Below, one piece after another: positions 59,747-64,000 of a stretch of DNA of 64,000 bases. This DNA is from an uncultured Clostridia bacterium (lineage in GTDB: Bacteria; Bacillota; Clostridia; TANB77; CAG-508), in the NCBI GenBank assembly GCA_963931155.1, contig OZ006978.1:1498289-1562288 (forward strand), given 5' to 3'. A model generated the notes under the pieces. That model worked only from the letters and a program-made list of their open reading frames with translations, had not been told where the DNA came from and did not search any database. Every line of letters starts with the position of its first letter. Within the stretch, counting starts at the first letter, position 1. Both the position numbers and the translations under genes were made by a program.

Positions 59747-60859
59747 ATGATGCAAAAAGTACAAAAGATTATGATTGTATTCGCACTTGTTTTTGTATTA
59801 ATATTTGCGTATTCAATCAATGTTAAAGCAGCTACATTGTCAGATCTTGAAGACTGGAATGTTGCAACAAGAGATGGAAACGTATATACTTTAAATGAAA
59901 GTGAAACTGAAGTAAAACAAGATATAGAAGTTCAAGATGGAGAACGTGTAGTTCTTGACTTAAACGGACAAACTTTAACCAATTTTACAGATGGATGTTC
60001 AACAATTACTGTTGAAGAAGGTGGTCTATTGACCATTATGGGAGAGGGTACAATAACTAATACATCAAGTAATAATGTACCAACAATTACTAACAATGGA
60101 GATTTAGTAATTGTAAACGGAAATATAACTTCAAACAATACAAATTATGCAGTATGTGTTCTAAATAATGGATATGTAAGAATAACAGGAGGAACAATTA
60201 CAACAACAACACAAAACTGTTGGGGACTTACAAATAGTGGAACTGCAGAAATAACAGGAGGAACATTTGAACAAAAAGGTAATTTCTCAGTTATTTTAAA
60301 TGCTGCTAATATGGAAATTTCAGGAGGTACTGTAGCAGTTTCAAGTGGATATTCTGCTATAACAAATGAATCTCCAGATGGAACATCAGCTTCATTAACA
60401 ATAACAGATGTTACAGTTACAGGAGCTAAATCTATTATTTCAAATCCTGAAGGAGAAAGCGTAGTTGTAACAGGAGGAAATTATGGTACAGATTCAAACA
60501 TATCAGATTATTTAGATGAATCATATGTGATTGATGAAAATGGTGATGTTGTAGAGGCACCAGAAATAGAAGAGCCAACTCCAGGAGAACCATCAGAAGA
60601 TGAAGACTTAACTGATGAAAAACCTACAACAGATGAAGATATAACAGATGGTGAAACAACAGATGAAGAAGTTACAGACGAAGAAACTACAAGTGAAGAG
60701 CCTACTACAGATGAAGAAACAACAGATAATGAAGTAGTAGAAGACGAAGTAAGTGAAAATCCACAAACAGGTGATACAATAATAGTATTTGCAACTATAT
60801 TTGCAGTTGCCATAGTTGGATTAGTTGCAACAATCATTGTAAAAAGAAAAATGAAATAA
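59747..60859 (+). CDS. Secreted, cell-wall-sorted surface protein (beta-helix-like repeats, acidic T/E/D stalk, NPQTG signal)
   Basis: Signal peptide ...INVKA/A. GGT-repeat region. (TDEE)n-like stalk. ENPQTGD, then a hydrophobic helix, then KRKMK. Confidence 0.85.
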   Translation: MMQKVQKIMIVFALVFVLIFAYSINVKAATLSDLEDWNVATRDGNVYTLNESETEVKQDIEVQDGERVVLDLNGQTLTNFTDGCSTITVEEGGLLTIMGEGTITNTSSNNVPTITNNGDLVIVNGNITSNNTNYAVCVLNNGYVRITGGTITTTTQNCWGLTNSGTAEITGGTFEQKGNFSVILNAANMEISGGTVAVSSGYSAITNESPDGTSASLTITDVTVTGAKSIISNPEGESVVVTGGNYGTDSNISDYLDESYVIDENGDVVEAPEIEEPTPGEPSEDEDLTDEKPTTDEDITDGETTDEEVTDEETTSEEPTTDEETTDNEVVEDEVSENPQTGDTIIVFATIFAVAIVGLVATIIVKRKMK

Positions 60860-61017
60860 TTTATTTAAAAAAATATAATATTAGGGAAAAATGTTATAAA
60901 TTAAAATATCAAGAAATAATTTAGTTTTTCCTATACAATAAAATGAACTTACTTTATTATAAAAAATATAGTAAGTTCATTTTAAGTAATTAAAAATATG
61001 ATGTGGGAGAATAATTA

Positions 61018-61821
61018 ATGGAAAATCAAGGGAAACATATAAAAAGAAAAGAAGGTGCATCAAAGAAAAAAGGTTTAACAAATACTATCTTAACACTCCT
61101 AATATTTTTCTTTATTATATTAATAGTTGCTTCAGGATTACAAATATATAAATGGTATAATAACAATCAAAAAAATAAAGAAATATTAAATGAGATTAAA
61201 TCCGAAAACATTATAATGTATGATGAAGCAGAGGATGAAGTTGCTGTTGATTTTGATGCCTTAAAAAAAATAAATTCAGATGTAGTTGGATATGTTGAGG
61301 TAAATAATACAAATATTTCTTATCCAGTAGTGAAGGCAACTGATAATAATTATTATCTTACACATAATTTAAAGAAGGAATATAATGGTTCTGGTTGGGT
61401 TTTTATGGATTATAGAAACGATTTAGATGGCAAAGACAAAAACATAATTATATATGGTCACAACATGAGAGATGGCAGTATGTTTGGAAGCTTAAAAGAA
61501 ATTTTGAGTGCTAATTGGTATAAGAATGAAGAAAATAAATATATTACATTTATAACCGAAGGTGGAACATCAGTATATGAAGTATTTTCTGTATATCAAG
61601 TAGAGAAGGAAGATTATTATATAACAACTGGTTTTAGTAACAATGAAGAATATGAAGGATTTTTAAAAACTATAAAAGATAGAAGTATTTATAATTTTGG
61701 GACTGAACCAAGCGTAGATGATACAATTTTAACACTCTCAACATGTGCTAATGATAATACATACAGAGTAGTGTTGCATGCAAAAAAAGTAAATATAGAT
61801 GTGAAAAAAAGTAGCTCATAG
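61018..61821 (+). CDS. srtB: Class B sortase
   Basis: N-terminal anchor. DVVGYVEVNNTNISYPVV, YGHNMRDGSMFGSL, LTLSTC catalytic Cys motif, VVLHA. Confidence 0.9.
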   Translation: MENQGKHIKRKEGASKKKGLTNTILTLLIFFFIILIVASGLQIYKWYNNNQKNKEILNEIKSENIIMYDEAEDEVAVDFDALKKINSDVVGYVEVNNTNISYPVVKATDNNYYLTHNLKKEYNGSGWVFMDYRNDLDGKDKNIIIYGHNMRDGSMFGSLKEILSANWYKNEENKYITFITEGGTSVYEVFSVYQVEKEDYYITTGFSNNEEYEGFLKTIKDRSIYNFGTEPSVDDTILTLSTCANDNTYRVVLHAKKVNIDVKKSSS

Positions 61822-61863
61822 GTGAAACCTATAAGCCACTTTTTTTGTTGTAGAAAAATCCTT

Positions 61864-62019
61864 TCACTTCACAGAACTGACAATGACTGCTGACATCAGG
61901 AAAATGATACAAACGAGTGCAATACCGATGGAAATCGGCATGTTATATACCAACCCAAATGTCAAAAAAAGCAATGATGCGATAGCCAAGCCAGCACAAA
62001 TCGAATTATACTTCGACAT
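61864..62019 (-). CDS. Untracked small ORF: 51-aa two-TM hydrophobic peptide
   Basis: Minus strand has AAGGAGGatct-ATG, encoding MSKYNSICAGLAIASLLFLTFGLVYNMPISIGIALVCIIFLMSAVIVSSVK*. It is below the 60-aa ORF-track threshold. The local G+C is higher than the flanks. Confidence 0.5.
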   Translation of the reverse strand: MSKYNSICAGLAIASLLFLTFGLVYNMPISIGIALVCIIFLMSAVIVSSVK

Positions 62020-62161
62020 AGATCCTCCTTATTAATTAACTTGGAGGGCTGCCCTCCAAGAACTTACAAATCCGTGGTGGGCAATTGAAAATTTCCACTA
62101 TACTATTTATTATATCATTTTTTTATTATAATAAGCAAGAATAATTCTAGAAAGAATTCTA

Positions 62162-63019
62162 TTAGTTTAAATTATATAAGTTTCCTTCCACAAGAAGTTT
62201 GGCTCTTTTTGCAGTTTTTTCATCAGAGTTTAGAGCATTTTCTATAAAGTCTGGATGACCTACTAAAAAGTTTCTCATTGTTCCATCAGGATCTTTATAA
62301 AAGCCTTCTAACATTTCTAATTGTGAATTGTTTATAATTCCTTTATTTAATGCAGTTTCAAATAAAGAGTTATCTACTTGTACCAAAGAATATGATTTTA
62401 CACCTTCATTTTCAATTCTTTCTTTACCACCTTGCATACGATCCACAACAACGCAAGAATACTCCATTGTTCCACCAAGTAATCTGATTGCTGGAATCCA
62501 AGCTCGAATATAGCTAGATGCAACTGTTACTAAGTCTGCAATATGTAATACTTTTTGGCCAAGAATTTTTTCAGCATATTTTGTATTTTCAAAATTGCTA
62601 TCACTTATAACTGTTGATAAATCTTTATAAATAGATATATGTGGCTTATTCAAAAGATGTGCAATCATATTAGAAAAGAACCAATCTCTTCTTTCACCAC
62701 CAGAAATATAATCTACATCAGATAAATCTATGTTGTTTTCTATATATTCTTTCATTGAATTTATTACATTACGATATATTTCGTTAGTATTGTATTGTTC
62801 TAAAACTTTTGCAAAAACTTTTTGAGGCAATGTGTTTTTATCAGCTAAACATTCATCAATATATGATAATAAATTATTTGCATCTGTTTCATTACCATAT
62901 ACAAAGTGAGTGTTTATAAAATATGGACCAATTTTTCCTGAAGTGTACCAAAAAGGTTTATTTTCTTCGCAAAATTTTATTGCTTTTGTTTCAAATAGAT
63001 ATGACATTATATCAGACAT
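62162..63019 (-). CDS. Phosphoribosyltransferase-fold protein (orotate PRTase-like)
   Basis: FWYTSGKIGPYFIN resembles the OPRT PRPP-loop region. VLHIADLVTVASS is a PRTase-like motif. It lies next to pyrC. Confidence 0.45.
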   Translation of the reverse strand: MSDIMSYLFETKAIKFCEENKPFWYTSGKIGPYFINTHFVYGNETDANNLLSYIDECLADKNTLPQKVFAKVLEQYNTNEIYRNVINSMKEYIENNIDLSDVDYISGGERRDWFFSNMIAHLLNKPHISIYKDLSTVISDSNFENTKYAEKILGQKVLHIADLVTVASSYIRAWIPAIRLLGGTMEYSCVVVDRMQGGKERIENEGVKSYSLVQVDNSLFETALNKGIINNSQLEMLEGFYKDPDGTMRNFLVGHPDFIENALNSDEKTAKRAKLLVEGNLYNLN

Positions 63020-63291
63020 AACTACAAGACCTCCTTATATTTATTTACCTGAATCATATTATAAAACTTGTGATAAGTCAATAATTTATCAGTCGAGTTT
63101 TGTCTAAAATTTGCTATTGACTTTTATTATCTAGTTAATATATATTTATATTAGATTTTTAATTTTATTAATATCAAATATTATTTAAAATCTATAGTTT
63201 ACAGGGTTTTCAATTTTTTCTTATGTGATATCAATAATATTAATTCATAATAAATAAAAAGTAAAATATTTAAAAGAAAGGGAGCGGATAT

Positions 63292-64000
63292 ATGAAAATT
63301 TTATTAAAAAATGGCAGATTAATAGATTACAAAAATAAAATTGACGGAATGTATGATGTGTTAATAGAAGATGAAAAAATTACTAAAGTGGAAAAAGATT
63401 TAGAAGAGAAAGTAGATAAAGAAATAAATTGTAAAGGGTTAAATATAATACCTGGAATGATAGATATGCATTGTCATTTAAGAGAACCTGGCTTCGAATA
63501 TAAAGAAACTATTGAGACAGGTTCAAAAAGTGCAGTAGCAGGAGGATTTACAACAATTTGCCCAATGCCTAATACTAAGCCAACTCCAGATAATGAAGAA
63601 ACATTAGAAAAAATAATTAAAGAAGCACAAAGAGTAAATTTGTGTAATGTGCTTCCATATGCATCTGTAACGAAAGGAGAAAAAGGAGAAGAATTAGTAA
63701 ACTTTGAGAAACTAAGAGATGCAGGGGCAATTGCATTTTCTGATGATGGTATGCCAGTTGAAAATAGTAGATTGATGAGAGAAGCAATGATAGAAGCAGA
63801 TAAACTTGGTACTTTTGTTGCATCACATTGTGAAGAAAAATCTGTTGCAAAAGGGGCTATTAATGCAGGAGAGATTGCCGAGAGACTTGGAGTAGAAGGG
63901 GTGTTGCCAGAAGCAGAAGAGATTATGGCAGCTAGAGAAATAGTAATATCTGAAACAAATAAAATTAGAGGGCATATTTGCCATATTAGTACAAAAACAA
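63292..64000 (+). CDS. pyrC: Dihydroorotase (3' end outside the window)
   Basis: RBS AAGGGAG. The MKILLKNGRLID...IPGMIDMHCHLREPG...TICPMPNTKP sequence is typical of PyrC. The frame is open to the window end. Confidence 0.9.
   Translation, partial: MKILLKNGRLIDYKNKIDGMYDVLIEDEKITKVEKDLEEKVDKEINCKGLNIIPGMIDMHCHLREPGFEYKETIETGSKSAVAGGFTTICPMPNTKPTPDNEETLEKIIKEAQRVNLCNVLPYASVTKGEKGEELVNFEKLRDAGAIAFSDDGMPVENSRLMREAMIEADKLGTFVASHCEEKSVAKGAINAGEIAERLGVEGVLPEAEEIMAAREIVISETNKIRGHICHISTKT

Overview
Low-GC (under 30% G+C by eye) chromosome segment from a spore-forming, Clostridia-like Firmicute.

LEFT 25 kb: a tandem array of three paralogous giant (~3,200 aa) cell-surface proteins.
- They combine Ig/Fn3-like modules, a jelly-roll CBM-like module and three GG[IL][IV]G (GLUG-like) beta-helix modules.
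- Each ends in a PQTN/PQAN-type sorting signal.
- The array is mosaic: blocks that look >90% identical alternate with diverged blocks.
- The spacers between paralogs hold an AbiEi/AbiEii pair and a DUF4143 AAA ATPase.
- Two paralogs share the same extended -10 promoter, and each is preceded by a dinucleotide microsatellite. (AC)11 lies in a 330-nt leader. (AG)8 lies between the start codon and the signal-anchor helix and is currently out of frame.

RIGHT 39 kb: mostly housekeeping and sporulation genes.
- spoIVA, glmU, Ile T-box plus ileS, queA, tgt, a divergent SecDF-like pair, pyk, cotJA/cotJB, srtB plus an NPQTG substrate, and pyrC.
- These are interrupted by accessory modules.

MOST STRIKING OBSERVATION: the spore-coat Mn-catalase gene cotJC is split into two same-strand pieces 5.68 kb apart.
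- The intervening element carries a large serine recombinase.
- It is bounded by 20-nt inverted repeats nested inside a 6-nt direct repeat.
- The joined ends give a 48-bp attP-like palindrome.
- This is the architecture of a skin-like, mother-cell-excised intervening element.

OTHER ITEMS
- Three single-gene GC-rich islets: an orphan radical SAM enzyme, a CPBP protease, and an untracked 51-aa membrane ORF.
- A zeta-toxin cassette flanked by 20-nt direct repeats.
- A 36-nt tandem repeat between queA and tgt.
- A 14-nt motif repeated three times at exact 33-bp phasing.
- A family of REP-like hairpins.

CAVEATS: five frame disruptions occur in 64 kb, so read-level verification is needed before calling pseudogenes. 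No rRNA, tRNA or CRISPR array was seen.
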